A stretch of 64,000 bases of DNA from Bacteroides sp. (GCA_014801985.1 JAAVDD010000010.1:35107-99106), one strand, 5' to 3'; positions 36,302-46,348 are shown, counted from the stretch's first letter. The notes: generated from the letters alone by a model not told the origin. Numbers and translations: made by a program.

Positions 36302-37636
36302 ATGAAGATAATTATTGCAGGTGCCGGAGAGGTAGGAACACATCTGGCAAAGATGCTCTCCAATGAGGATCAGGATATCGTGCTCATCGATAGTAATCAG
36401 GAGCGCCTTGATGTGATCGATTCAAATTACAATCTGATGACGTGGAATGGATCCACCTCCTCGTTTGCAATTATGCGCGATGTGGGAGTGGCTAATGCTG
36501 ACCTCTATATTGCCGTAACCCCTTACGAAACGAAGAATATAACCAGCTGTGCAATAGCCAAGCGACTTGGAGCTAAGAAAACGGTTGCCAGAATTGACAA
36601 TAGCGAATTTCTTATTCGCGAAAACGGCACGTTGCTCCGTGAGCTGGGCGTCGACTTCTTAATATATCCGGAAAATCTCGCGGCTGAAGAAATAAGTATA
36701 TCTCTCCAACATAATTGGGCAAGATATTGGGGTGAACTGCATAATGGACGCCTTCTTCTGATTGGAGTGAAACTCCATGACGACTCCCCTCTTATCAATT
36801 GCAAGTTGAAAGATCTTCCGGTCCAGCACCATGATTTCCACGTTGCCGCCATCAAACGCAACAACGAGACGATTATTCCTCATGGTAATGATGAAATCCT
36901 TCGTGATGACATTGTATATTTCATCACTACTCCTCCATATATCGACACAGTCCGCGAACTATGTGGTAAAAAGAAAAGAGTGGTTAAAAAAGCTTTGGTA
37001 ATGGGCGGTACGCCTATTGCCCGCAGATTCGCAACACTTTATCACGATAAATACCATATACGTATTGTCGACAACAATCGGGAGATCTGCGAACACATGG
37101 CGACCCGTCTTCCGGAATGCGAGATTGTTTTTGGAGATTGCCGGGATATTGAAGTGCTTCGTGAAAACAACATTCAGCAATATGATGCATTCCTTGCGCT
37201 CACCGACTCATCGGAAACAAATATTCTGACGTGTCTTACAGCAAAGGAATTCGGAGTGCCTAAGACTATAGCCGATGTCGAGAACCTGCAATTTCTTTCT
37301 CAAGCGGAGAATCTGAACATCGGACGTACAATAAATAAGAAACTCCTCGCCTCTTCACATATTTTCAAGATTCTTCTGGATGCTGATGAAAGCAATTCCA
37401 AATTCCTTGCTTTGGCTGATGCGGAGGTTGCTGAGATTTATGTGAAATATAATGCCAAAATAACAAAAGCTCCCGTAAAGAATCTCAAACTTCCCCAAGG
37501 AATGACACTTGCCGCCTTGATACGAAATGATGAAATACGTCTTATCAGCGGTGATACTCAGATTTTCGAGGGAGATTATGTAGTGGTGTTCTGTCTCTCC
37601 GGCACTATCCAGAAAATCGAGAAGTGGTTCAACTGA
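36302..37636 (+). CDS. trkA: Trk system potassium uptake protein TrkA
   Basis: MKIIIAGAGEVG; two RCK_N/RCK_C pairs. Confidence 0.93.
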   Translation: MKIIIAGAGEVGTHLAKMLSNEDQDIVLIDSNQERLDVIDSNYNLMTWNGSTSSFAIMRDVGVANADLYIAVTPYETKNITSCAIAKRLGAKKTVARIDNSEFLIRENGTLLRELGVDFLIYPENLAAEEISISLQHNWARYWGELHNGRLLLIGVKLHDDSPLINCKLKDLPVQHHDFHVAAIKRNNETIIPHGNDEILRDDIVYFITTPPYIDTVRELCGKKKRVVKKALVMGGTPIARRFATLYHDKYHIRIVDNNREICEHMATRLPECEIVFGDCRDIEVLRENNIQQYDAFLALTDSSETNILTCLTAKEFGVPKTIADVENLQFLSQAENLNIGRTINKKLLASSHIFKILLDADESNSKFLALADAEVAEIYVKYNAKITKAPVKNLKLPQGMTLAALIRNDEIRLISGDTQIFEGDYVVVFCLSGTIQKIEKWFN

Positions 37637-37664
37637 TTGCTTTCTCTGCTAATTCACTTATTGC

Positions 37665-39140
37665 ATGAAATATTTAAAACATAGGGCGTATATCAATATC
37701 CCCATGCTTCTACGCGTATTCGGACTGCTCCTGCTTATCGAGGCGGCTTTTATGGTGATACCTCTCATCACAGGGCTTATATATGGCGAGAAAAGCACCT
37801 TGAATTTCCTGATAGCCATGGGAATCACGGCAGCATCGGGAGGTGCAATGGTTGGGCTTAAGCCGAAGTATAGGGATATGGGGAAACGCGATGCAATACT
37901 CCTCACCGGAATGATATGGGTGATCCTATCGTTATTCGGTATGCTACCCTTTATTTTCTGTGGTACACATCTCTCAGTGACGGATGCTTTCTTTGAGACC
38001 ATGAGCGGATTCACCACTACCGGCGCATCCGTTCTCGACACCTTGAAGGAAGTGCCACATTCTATCCTTGTCTGGCGCTGCGTAATCCAATGGGTAGGAG
38101 GTTTAGGAATAATCCTTTTCACCCTCGCCGTAGTCCCGATGCTTAATTATCAGGGAGGGATGCAGCTTTTCAATGCAGAAGTGACCGGTATCACCCACGA
38201 TAAGCTACGCCCACGCGTAAGTTACACAGCAAAGGGCCTCTGGGGTGTATATATAGTCCTTACGGCCATTCTTATAATCCTTCTCTCCTTCTCGAAGATG
38301 GATTTCTTCGATGCTTTCTGCTACGGCCTTTCAACAATGTCGACCGGGGGATTCTCTACAAGCGACATGAGTCTTGACGCCTTCAACAGTAATTACATAA
38401 AGATAGTGATGATTATCTTCATGTTCATCGGTGGTGTAAATTTTGCCTTGATTTATAATCTTGTCATGAAACGAGCAACCAACATCTGGAAAAACGACTC
38501 CTTCCGGTGGTATGTCTGGATAATAGTGATATGCTACGCACTCTTCTGCCTCAACGTCACCATTGAAGGACTTGTGCTCGAACCCGCCGATCTTACCATA
38601 GATCCCCTCTTCCAAGCTATCTCGATTCTCTCTTCCACAGGAGTGACCGAACCTGATTTTGCCGACTGGGGTGCGTTGTCCACACTTGTGCTGATTGTCA
38701 TGATGTTCATGGGAGCTTGTGCCGGAAGCACCTCAGGAGGGGCCAAAATAGACCGATTCATCATACTTTTCCGTTTTCTGAAGAATGAATTCTACAAGAT
38801 GATGCATCCCAGTAGCGTCACTACCGTAATTGTAAATAGAAAAGGAATTGTGCCTGCAATCGTGAACAAAACGCTTGCATTCCTTTTTATATATGCTATA
38901 GTGATTATTGTCGGAGGGATGGTGCTTTGTCTGCTTGGGATGCCTCTGCGCGACGGATTCTTCTGTGCGCTTTCGGCCGTTTCCAATACCGGACTGGGCA
39001 CTGCCACCACGGGAATCTCCGGCAATTTCTCCTTAGTGCCCGATGTAGCTAAATGGATTTTAGCTTTCATTATGCTCGTCGGTCGACTTGAATTATTCAC
39101 CATTCTTCTAATTTTTACTCCAGATTTCTGGAAAAAGTAA
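37665..39140 (+). CDS. trkH: Trk system potassium uptake membrane protein TrkH
   Basis: FFETMSGFTTTGAS, QWVGGLG, STGGFS, GACAGSTSGG, GRLE. Confidence 0.95.
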   Translation: MKYLKHRAYINIPMLLRVFGLLLLIEAAFMVIPLITGLIYGEKSTLNFLIAMGITAASGGAMVGLKPKYRDMGKRDAILLTGMIWVILSLFGMLPFIFCGTHLSVTDAFFETMSGFTTTGASVLDTLKEVPHSILVWRCVIQWVGGLGIILFTLAVVPMLNYQGGMQLFNAEVTGITHDKLRPRVSYTAKGLWGVYIVLTAILIILLSFSKMDFFDAFCYGLSTMSTGGFSTSDMSLDAFNSNYIKIVMIIFMFIGGVNFALIYNLVMKRATNIWKNDSFRWYVWIIVICYALFCLNVTIEGLVLEPADLTIDPLFQAISILSSTGVTEPDFADWGALSTLVLIVMMFMGACAGSTSGGAKIDRFIILFRFLKNEFYKMMHPSSVTTVIVNRKGIVPAIVNKTLAFLFIYAIVIIVGGMVLCLLGMPLRDGFFCALSAVSNTGLGTATTGISGNFSLVPDVAKWILAFIMLVGRLELFTILLIFTPDFWKK

Positions 39141-39193
39141 ACTTTTATTGGATTTAGAATTGCATTTTGCTTGATATTCTAAAATATTTTAGC

Positions 39194-39201
39194 TAATTTT
39201 G
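39194..39201 (+). promoter_or_regulatory. -7 element for malic enzyme
   Basis: TAATTTTG with TTG 20 nt upstream. Confidence 0.55.
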
Positions 39202-39317
39202 CAATCCGCTTCCACAATCGAGCCTCGCGGCTCAGGAAAAAGAGTTTTGAATCCATATAAAATTTATGGACTCCAGGAATTAAGGTAAAAATATAGTCGA
39301 TAGAAAATTTAGGAATT

Positions 39318-40598
39318 ATGTCTAACAATCTTCAGGAGGATGCACTCCTCTACCATGAGAACGGGCGTCCCGGTAAAATCGAGGTCGTTCCGACCAAACC
39401 TTATGCTACACAGAAAGATCTTTCGCTTGCTTATTCTCCAGGCGTAGCTTATCCTTGTCTTGCAATTAAGGAGAATGCAGCAGATGCGTATAAATATACT
39501 GGCAAGGGAAACCTTGTGGCTGTTATATCCAATGGCACAGCCGTGCTTGGCCTCGGCAACATCGGCGCTCTGGCCGGCAAACCGGTGATGGAAGGGAAAG
39601 CACTTCTCTTCAAGATTTTTGCAGGTATAGACTCATTCGACATTGAAGTCAATGAGGAGGATCCTGATAAAATGGTGGAAATTGTGAAAGCCATCTCCCC
39701 TACTTTCGGAGGTATTAATCTTGAGGATATAAAAGCTCCGGAATGCTTCAAAATCGAAGATCGTCTCAAAGCGGAATGCGATATCCCCATCATGCACGAC
39801 GATCAACACGGAACAGCAATTATCTCCGGAGCTGCTCTTATCAATGCACTTGAAGTACAGGGAAAGAAAATCGAAGATATTCAACTTGTGGTCAATGGAG
39901 CCGGGGCTGCAGCATTCCGTTGCACGGCACTTTACGTAAAGCTCGGTGTGAAGAAAGAGAATATCGTGATGTGCGATTCCAAAGGCGTGATCCGCAGCGA
40001 CCGCAATAACCTCACACCACAGAAGGCCGAGTTTGCAACCTCGCGCGACCTCCATACTCTTGCAGAAGCCATCAAGGATGCAGATGTATTCTTAGGGCTT
40101 AGCGTGGCAGATGTGCTCACTCCTGAGATGGTGCTTTCAATGGCTCCCAATCCTATCATCTTTGCTCTCGCCAACCCCAATCCGGAGATTGATTATAATC
40201 TTGCAAAACAGACACGCGACGACCTCATCATATGCACTGGCCGAAGCGATTATCCCAATCAGGTGAATAACGTGCTCGGATTCCCATATATTTTCCGTGG
40301 CGCACTTGATTGCCGCGCAACAGATATTAACGAGGAGATGAAGATTGCAGCTGTCCACGCAATCGCCGACCTTGCCAAACAGCCTGTTCCGGAAAGCGTG
40401 AAGGAGGCATATAAGGGCACTGACGAGACATTCGTATTCGGGCGTGATTACATTCTACCTAAGGCTTTCGATCCTCGTCTGCTTTATAAAATCTCTCCTG
40501 CGGTGGCAAAGGCTGCTATGGAGTCAGGAATAGCAAAAAGTCCTATTTCAGACTGGGTGGAATATGGTGAATTTCTTAGGAATCTTATGCCGAAATAA
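39318..40598 (+). CDS. NAD(P)-dependent malic enzyme (no phosphotransacetylase domain)
   Basis: [53 protein letters not shown]. Confidence 0.92.
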   Translation: MSNNLQEDALLYHENGRPGKIEVVPTKPYATQKDLSLAYSPGVAYPCLAIKENAADAYKYTGKGNLVAVISNGTAVLGLGNIGALAGKPVMEGKALLFKIFAGIDSFDIEVNEEDPDKMVEIVKAISPTFGGINLEDIKAPECFKIEDRLKAECDIPIMHDDQHGTAIISGAALINALEVQGKKIEDIQLVVNGAGAAAFRCTALYVKLGVKKENIVMCDSKGVIRSDRNNLTPQKAEFATSRDLHTLAEAIKDADVFLGLSVADVLTPEMVLSMAPNPIIFALANPNPEIDYNLAKQTRDDLIICTGRSDYPNQVNNVLGFPYIFRGALDCRATDINEEMKIAAVHAIADLAKQPVPESVKEAYKGTDETFVFGRDYILPKAFDPRLLYKISPAVAKAAMESGIAKSPISDWVEYGEFLRNLMPK

Positions 40599-40787
40599 TT
40601 ATTGAATTTTTATAGAACCAGTATAGCCGGATTATGCCTCCCTTGAGTCATTGTCCGGCTCTTTCTTTCTCTTTCTCAATATAGATTTTTTCATTAGGGT
40701 GAAATGGAAAAATGCATATGTAAAAAAAATTGTATTTTGAAAGTATAAACTTACATTTTTGCATATTTTTTTATCACGAAATTTCTT

Positions 40788-40874
40788 AAAGTTATCCAAA
40801 ATAAAAATTATATATCTGATTATTAATATATTAAAAATATTCTTACCCTGAAAAGTTATCCAAAATAAAAATTA
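40788..40874. repeat. Two exact 23-bp direct repeats upstream of nrdD
   Basis: AAAGTTATCCAAAATAAAAATTA at 40788-40810 and 40852-40874. Confidence 0.85.
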
Positions 40875-40899
40875 CGACATTCTTTTTTAGTCTGAAAAA

Positions 40900-40931
40900 T
40901 TTGTAGATTTCGTGTCCTATTCTTATCTTTG
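40900..40931 (+). promoter_or_regulatory. Consensus Bacteroidetes promoter for nrdDG
   Basis: TTTG (40900-40903), N20, TATCTTTG (40924-40931). Confidence 0.75.
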
Positions 40932-41026
40932 CAGCGTAAAAATGAAGCCTGGAAAACTACCATACGGGCAATCATTATTACAATTAATTAACCTATAAAA
41001 CAGTAATCATAAGTAACACCTCCGCG

Positions 41027-43231
41027 ATGATACAGATAGTTGAAAAACGAGACGGCCGCGTAGTTGGCTACAACGAAGAAAAGATTAAAGCCGCTATCCG
41101 CAAGGCCATGCTTCAGACCGAAAATGGCGAAGATGAATCATTGGTTCAAAAAATCACCGACCGCATCGGAATGTATGGTAAAAAGCGTATGACCGTCGAG
41201 GAAATTCAGGATCGTGTCGAGATGGAACTTATGAAATCGAAACGTAAGGATGTGGCGAAAAAATATATTGCCTATCGCGACCAACGCTCAATCGCCCGTC
41301 AGGCTAAGACCCGCGATATGTTCCTTGAAATAATCGAGGCCAAGAGCAACGATGTGACTCGCGAGAATGCAAACATGAACACTGACTCCCCTGCCGGAAT
41401 GATGATGAAGTTTGCAAGCGAGACCACCAAACCCTTCGTTGATGATTATCTCCTCTCTCAGGAGGTGAAAAATGCTGTCAAGCATAACTACCTCCACATT
41501 CACGACAAGGATTATTACCCTACAAAATCCTTAACCTGCGTGCAGCACCCGCTTGAGAAGATTCTTAAGAATGGTTTCGTAGCAGGCCACGGTGAATCGC
41601 GTCCGGCAAAAAGAATAGAGACAGCAAGCGTGATTGCATGTATCTCTCTTGAGACTGCTCAGAATGAAATGCATGGTGGTCAGGCCATCCCCGCCTTTGA
41701 TTTTTATCTTGCTCCGTATGTGCGGTACTCGTATATCGAGGAAGTGAAGAATCTGGAGAAATTTGTGGAGAAAGATCTTTCACATTTATATAATGCCGAG
41801 ATTACGGACTATCTAACCCGTCAGCTCACCGGCCTTGAGGGGGATGAAAAATATATCCAACACGCAATCAACCGCACTGTCGGTCGTGTCCATCAATCGA
41901 TGGAGGCTTTCATCCATAACATGAACACTATCCATTCCCGTGGAGGGAATCAGGTGGTATTCTCCTCAATCAATTATGGTACGGATACCTCGGCAGAGGG
42001 TCGTTGCGTCATCCGAGAATTGCTGAAATCCACTTATGAAGGCGTCGGGAATGGTGCCACTGCCATTTTCCCTATTCAGATATGGAAGAAGAAACGCGGA
42101 GTGTCGTATCTTCCTGAAGATCCTAACTACGACTTATTCCTTCTCGCATGTAAGGTGACGGCACGTCGATTCTTCCCCAACTTCCTTAATCTGGATGCCT
42201 CATTCAACCTACATGAGAAATGGGATGCTCAGGATCCGGAAAGATACAAGTATGAAGTGGCAACAATGGGCTGCCGTACTCGCGTATTTGAAAACCGATT
42301 TGGTGAAAAGACCTCTATCGGGCGTGGCAACCTTTCATTCTCCACTATAAATATCGTGAGAATCGCCATCGAATGCATGGATATTGAGGATAAGAACAAG
42401 CGTATCGAAAAATTCTTTAAGAAGCTCGATGACGTGCTTGATATCACTGCTCTTCAACTGCATGAACGATTCAATTTCCAGAAAACAGCTCTTGCAAAAC
42501 AGTTCCCTCTCGTGATGAGTGTTCTTTGGAACGGATCCTCTTCTCTTGATAAGAATCAGACTATCGAACCTGTGATAAATCAGGGTACGCTCGGTATCGG
42601 TTTTATCGGACTTGCCGAATGTCTTATTGCTTTGCTCGGTAAACATCATGGTGAGAGCGAGGAAGCCCAGGAGCTTGGTCTGAAGATTGTCACTCACATG
42701 CGTGACCGTGTCAACGGTTTCTGTGTGGAATATGGTCATAACTATTCTGTGCTTGCTACTCCTGCCGAGGGTCTTTCCGGTAAATTCACTAAGAAAGATC
42801 GTCTTGCCTTCGGAGTTATACCCGGCGTGACCGACAAGGATTATTATACAAACTCCAACCACGTACCCGTGTATTATCACTGCTCCCCTCGTCATAAGGC
42901 TAAAATCGAGGCTCCCTATCATGAGCTTACTCGCGGAGGTCATATATTCTATGTTGAAATAGATGGCGATGCCACCCATAATGAGGAATCCATCATGCAG
43001 ATTGTGGATATGATGGATAAGTATAACCTCGGTTATGGTTCGGTGAATCATAACCGTAACCATTGCCCCAAATGTGGATATGAAAATGCTGAGAAAAATG
43101 TGGAGTGCTGTCCAAAATGTGGAACTCATTTCGAGACCATACAGCGAATCACAGGTTATCTCGTAGGCACTACCGACCGTTGGAACTCCGGCAAGCTCGC
43201 AGAGTTACATGACCGTGTGGTCCATGAATAG
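41027..43231 (+). CDS. nrdD: Anaerobic (class III) ribonucleoside-triphosphate reductase
   Basis: ATP-cone (IVEKRDG), IHDKD, TMGCRT thiyl loop, CPKC..CPKC Zn site, RITGYL glycyl-radical loop. Confidence 0.96.
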   Translation: MIQIVEKRDGRVVGYNEEKIKAAIRKAMLQTENGEDESLVQKITDRIGMYGKKRMTVEEIQDRVEMELMKSKRKDVAKKYIAYRDQRSIARQAKTRDMFLEIIEAKSNDVTRENANMNTDSPAGMMMKFASETTKPFVDDYLLSQEVKNAVKHNYLHIHDKDYYPTKSLTCVQHPLEKILKNGFVAGHGESRPAKRIETASVIACISLETAQNEMHGGQAIPAFDFYLAPYVRYSYIEEVKNLEKFVEKDLSHLYNAEITDYLTRQLTGLEGDEKYIQHAINRTVGRVHQSMEAFIHNMNTIHSRGGNQVVFSSINYGTDTSAEGRCVIRELLKSTYEGVGNGATAIFPIQIWKKKRGVSYLPEDPNYDLFLLACKVTARRFFPNFLNLDASFNLHEKWDAQDPERYKYEVATMGCRTRVFENRFGEKTSIGRGNLSFSTINIVRIAIECMDIEDKNKRIEKFFKKLDDVLDITALQLHERFNFQKTALAKQFPLVMSVLWNGSSSLDKNQTIEPVINQGTLGIGFIGLAECLIALLGKHHGESEEAQELGLKIVTHMRDRVNGFCVEYGHNYSVLATPAEGLSGKFTKKDRLAFGVIPGVTDKDYYTNSNHVPVYYHCSPRHKAKIEAPYHELTRGGHIFYVEIDGDATHNEESIMQIVDMMDKYNLGYGSVNHNRNHCPKCGYENAEKNVECCPKCGTHFETIQRITGYLVGTTDRWNSGKLAELHDRVVHE

Positions 43232-43269
43232 ATGGATAGAAAACCGATTCTATGAAATAATGACTTTTA

Positions 43270-43764
43270 ATGAAGGATTCCATTAATATTCTTAATATAA
43301 TCCGGGGCACCACTGTGGATGGCCCCGGTTTTCGTACATCGATATATTTTGCAGGCTGCCGACATAAATGCAAAGGTTGTCATAATCCGGAATCATGGGC
43401 TTTCTCTGCCGGCACTCCCTATACAATAGAAGAATTGATGCAGGTGATTGAGGAAGAGGATTTTGATGTCACTCTTTCAGGAGGTGATCCTCTTTATCAT
43501 CCCGATGTTGTAAAAACATTGATTGCAGAGATTAATTCACTGAATCATAATGTATGGATTTATACGGGCTATCGTTGGGAGGAGATTATTCTGAATCCAA
43601 CCCTTATAGACGCTGTAAGAGAGGCTGATGTTATTGTAGATTCCCCTTTTATAATGAATTTACGTGACACTGATCTTCTTTTCCGAGGATCCTCCAACCA
43701 ACGTATCATAGATGTGAGAAAAACTCTTGCACTGGGTGAGATAGTGCTCTGGGAACGGAGTTGA
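43270..43764 (+). CDS. nrdG: Anaerobic RNR activating radical-SAM protein
   Basis: DGPGFR, CRHKCKGC, SGGDP, FRGSSNQ. Confidence 0.95.
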   Translation: MKDSINILNIIRGTTVDGPGFRTSIYFAGCRHKCKGCHNPESWAFSAGTPYTIEELMQVIEEEDFDVTLSGGDPLYHPDVVKTLIAEINSLNHNVWIYTGYRWEEIILNPTLIDAVREADVIVDSPFIMNLRDTDLLFRGSSNQRIIDVRKTLALGEIVLWERS

Positions 43765-43810
43765 CCCTTCTTATTACCACCCTAAATTACGAGAATATAT
43801 TAGAAGGGAG

Positions 43811-43836
43811 TTGAACATAGCGTAGAGAGATTCGTT
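43811..43836 (+). promoter_or_regulatory. Putative ECF-type promoter for cupin-hcp
   Basis: TTGAAC-N16-CGTT(TATA). Confidence 0.45.
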
Positions 43837-43904
43837 TATATTATACAGGGAAGTTATTCCCGACATACTTCAATTACGATAGAATTATTTAAGAATTTAG
43901 TACT

Positions 43905-44234
43905 ATGATTGAAACAGATTATAAGTTTGGCGAAGTTCATGTACTCGCCACACAAATCGAGAACGGCGAAGACCGCGTACATTTCAAGAATATTTTCTCT
44001 ACCAATAATGGCGGTGTATCTCTCGTGGCTTTTAAGGCCGGTCAGAAACTGGATACTCATACAGCTCCGGCAGAAGTGATGGTCACTGTGCTTGAAGGAG
44101 AAATCGAATTCACCATGCTTGATGACCCCCATCATCTCAAGGCCGGAGAATTTCTCCTCATGGGCGCAAACGTTCCCCACAGTGTTGATGCTGTGACCGA
44201 TTCAAAAGTGATGCTCACCAAAGTTAAAGCATAA
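43905..44234 (+). CDS. Cupin domain protein
   Basis: [24 protein letters not shown]...PHS; lies 14 nt before hcp. Confidence 0.85.
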   Translation: MIETDYKFGEVHVLATQIENGEDRVHFKNIFSTNNGGVSLVAFKAGQKLDTHTAPAEVMVTVLEGEIEFTMLDDPHHLKAGEFLLMGANVPHSVDAVTDSKVMLTKVKA

Positions 44235-44248
44235 AAAATATATATGCC

Positions 44249-45895
44249 ATGGAAATGTTCTGCTACCAATGTCAGGAAACAGCTAAAGGAACAGGTTGTA
44301 CTCTACGAGGTGTCTGCGGTAAACTTCCCGAAACTTCAGCAAGGATGGATCTTCTACTCTATGCCACACGTGGTGTAGCCATTCTCAACGACCTTCTCCG
44401 AGAGAAAGGACTTGCTCAGAGAGATGCTGATCATCAGGTGATCGACGCTCTGTTCACCACTATCACAAATGCTAATTTCGATAATGATTCCCTCGATGGA
44501 TTTATCCGTCGCGCTTTCCAGATGAAGCGTGAGTTAAAGGCCAAATGTGAGGAAGCAGGTATCGAGATACCCAATTATCCAGAGGTGGATCTTGAGGCCG
44601 AACCGGAGGATTATGAGAAACTCGAATCGGTGACCGGAGTTCTTGCAGAGACCGATCCCGATAAGAGAGGGCTTAAGCAGCTTGCCATATATGGAGCAAA
44701 AGGTGCGGCTGCATACGCACGCCATGCAGCAAACCTCAAATATGAGGATGACGAGGTATATGCCGTGATTGAAAAAGTACTTAAGGAAGTAAGTCGGAAG
44801 GATATTTCGGTTGATGAACTTGTAAAGTTAGTACTCTATATGGGTGAAGGCGGAGTGAAAGCTATGGCTCTCCTTGACTCGGCAAATACCGGAACATACG
44901 GCAATCCTGAAATCACAAAGGTGGATATAGGTGTTCGCGACAATCCCGGTATCCTTATCTCCGGACATGATCTCAGAGATCTCGAAGAACTTCTTGAACA
45001 AACCGCCGGAACAGGCGTGGATGTCTACACACATTCCGAAATGCTCCCCGGACAATATTATCCATACTTCAAGAAGTATCCTCACTTTGCAGGCAACTAT
45101 GGTAATGCATGGTGGAAACAGGTGGATGAATTCGAGAAATTCAATGGTTGCTTCGTATTCACTTCCAACTGTATCGTGCCTCCACGTAAAACCACTACAT
45201 ATACCGACCGCGTTTACACTCTCGGTGTAGTTGATATGCCTGGCACTCATCATATAGAGGCCGACAAAGAGGGTCGCCATGATTTCTCTGAGGTGATTGC
45301 AAGAGCTAAGACTTGTCCTCCTCCGACAGAAATTGAGAAGGGTGAAATTGTTGGCGGATTCGCTCACCATCAGGTGTTGGAGCTTGCTCCAAAAATCATA
45401 GAACTTATAAAGAGCGGCAAGATACGCAAGTTTGTCGTAATGGCAGGCTGCGACGGTCGATTCCCCTCAAGAAGTTACTATACAGAGTTTGCCGAGGCTC
45501 TTCCCAAAGACTGTGTGATATTGACAGCAGGATGTGCGAAGTATCGTTACAACAAACTCCCACTCGGAGATATCGAAGGTGTCCCCCGTGTGCTTGATGC
45601 AGGACAATGTAACGATTCATATTCACTTGTTAGAATTGCCATGGCTCTTAAAGATGCCTTCAATCTTGAAAGCATCAACGCGCTCCCGCTTGTATTCAAC
45701 ATCGCTTGGTATGAGCAGAAGGCGGTAATTGTGCTTCTCGCACTTCTCTATCTCGGTGTGCAGAACATTCATACCGGTCCCACTCTTCCGGCATTCTTCA
45801 CTCCGGATATACTTAAGGTGCTTCAGGAAAAATTCAATATCGGAACAATCTCCACTGTAGAGAACGATATCGCTACGCTTATTAATGGAAAGTAA
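44249..45895 (+). CDS. hcp: Hybrid cluster protein (hydroxylamine/NO reductase)
   Basis: CYQCQET..GC..GVC cubane motif, SGHDL, THSEM, SNC, AGCDG, GQCND, WYEQK. Confidence 0.97.
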   Translation: MEMFCYQCQETAKGTGCTLRGVCGKLPETSARMDLLLYATRGVAILNDLLREKGLAQRDADHQVIDALFTTITNANFDNDSLDGFIRRAFQMKRELKAKCEEAGIEIPNYPEVDLEAEPEDYEKLESVTGVLAETDPDKRGLKQLAIYGAKGAAAYARHAANLKYEDDEVYAVIEKVLKEVSRKDISVDELVKLVLYMGEGGVKAMALLDSANTGTYGNPEITKVDIGVRDNPGILISGHDLRDLEELLEQTAGTGVDVYTHSEMLPGQYYPYFKKYPHFAGNYGNAWWKQVDEFEKFNGCFVFTSNCIVPPRKTTTYTDRVYTLGVVDMPGTHHIEADKEGRHDFSEVIARAKTCPPPTEIEKGEIVGGFAHHQVLELAPKIIELIKSGKIRKFVVMAGCDGRFPSRSYYTEFAEALPKDCVILTAGCAKYRYNKLPLGDIEGVPRVLDAGQCNDSYSLVRIAMALKDAFNLESINALPLVFNIAWYEQKAVIVLLALLYLGVQNIHTGPTLPAFFTPDILKVLQEKFNIGTISTVENDIATLINGK

Positions 45896-45935
45896 GTAAT
45901 TAGCAACGATTTAGTTTATAAAAATTTAAATTACG

Positions 45936-45974
45936 AAAGGGGCCGTGTCACAAAATTGGCACAGCCTCTTTTTT
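45936..45974 (+). terminator. Terminator after hcp
   Basis: AAAGGGGCCGTGTCA / TGGCACAGCCTCTTT followed by a T run. Confidence 0.75.
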
Positions 45975-45999
45975 ATTCTGAATGATATTTCCATTTTAT

Positions 46000-46186
46000 A
46001 TAAGTACCTGCTGAGAATTAATGAACATAAAAAACGCCGTTAATTCTGAGCATATCAGTTCGCGGAATGAATGAGCATAGCGGGCTATGCGACTGAGCGG
46101 AAGGAACAAAGACAAGGCTAAAAAACAAAAAGAACATTAGCTGAAGGTGTTGCCATTACATTAACTAATTTGAAAATCCTACTTAT
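46000..46186. mobile_element. Possible MITE-like or REP-like non-coding element
   Basis: ATAAGTA / TACTTAT termini; internal GCATAG-CGGG-CTATGC hairpin and AGAATTAA / TTAATTCT stem; no ORF. Confidence 0.35.
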
Positions 46187-46254
46187 CTGTTTTTACGCTT
46201 CTGAGGAAGGGAGAAATAAAGAGTAAGTTAAGAAAATATTTTTTACATACTACC

Positions 46255-46299
46255 TATAAAATTTTAGTACTATGTATTGCAAGGTACTAAAATTTTATA
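46255..46299. promoter_or_regulatory. Palindromic operator (PadR-type) overlapping the promoter
   Basis: TATAAAATTTTAGTAC-N13-GTACTAAAATTTTATA, directly abutting the TAACTTTG -7 element (46300-46307). Confidence 0.7.
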
Positions 46300-46348
46300 T
46301 AACTTTGCATCGTCAAACAAGGGAATATCCACTTTAACTCTATATGAT

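Noticed and set aside
40788-40874. Possible mini-CRISPR (repeat-spacer-repeat)
   Set aside because: Only two non-palindromic AT-rich repeats, no cas genes, and a promoter-proximal position.
42335-43129. 264-aa antisense ORF inside nrdD
   Set aside because: Shadow of codon bias on the opposite strand; no recognisable motifs.
46277-46348. N-terminal extension of the barrel ORF from a TTG start
   Set aside because: It overlaps the operator and promoter; the ATG at 46349 lies downstream of the -7 element.
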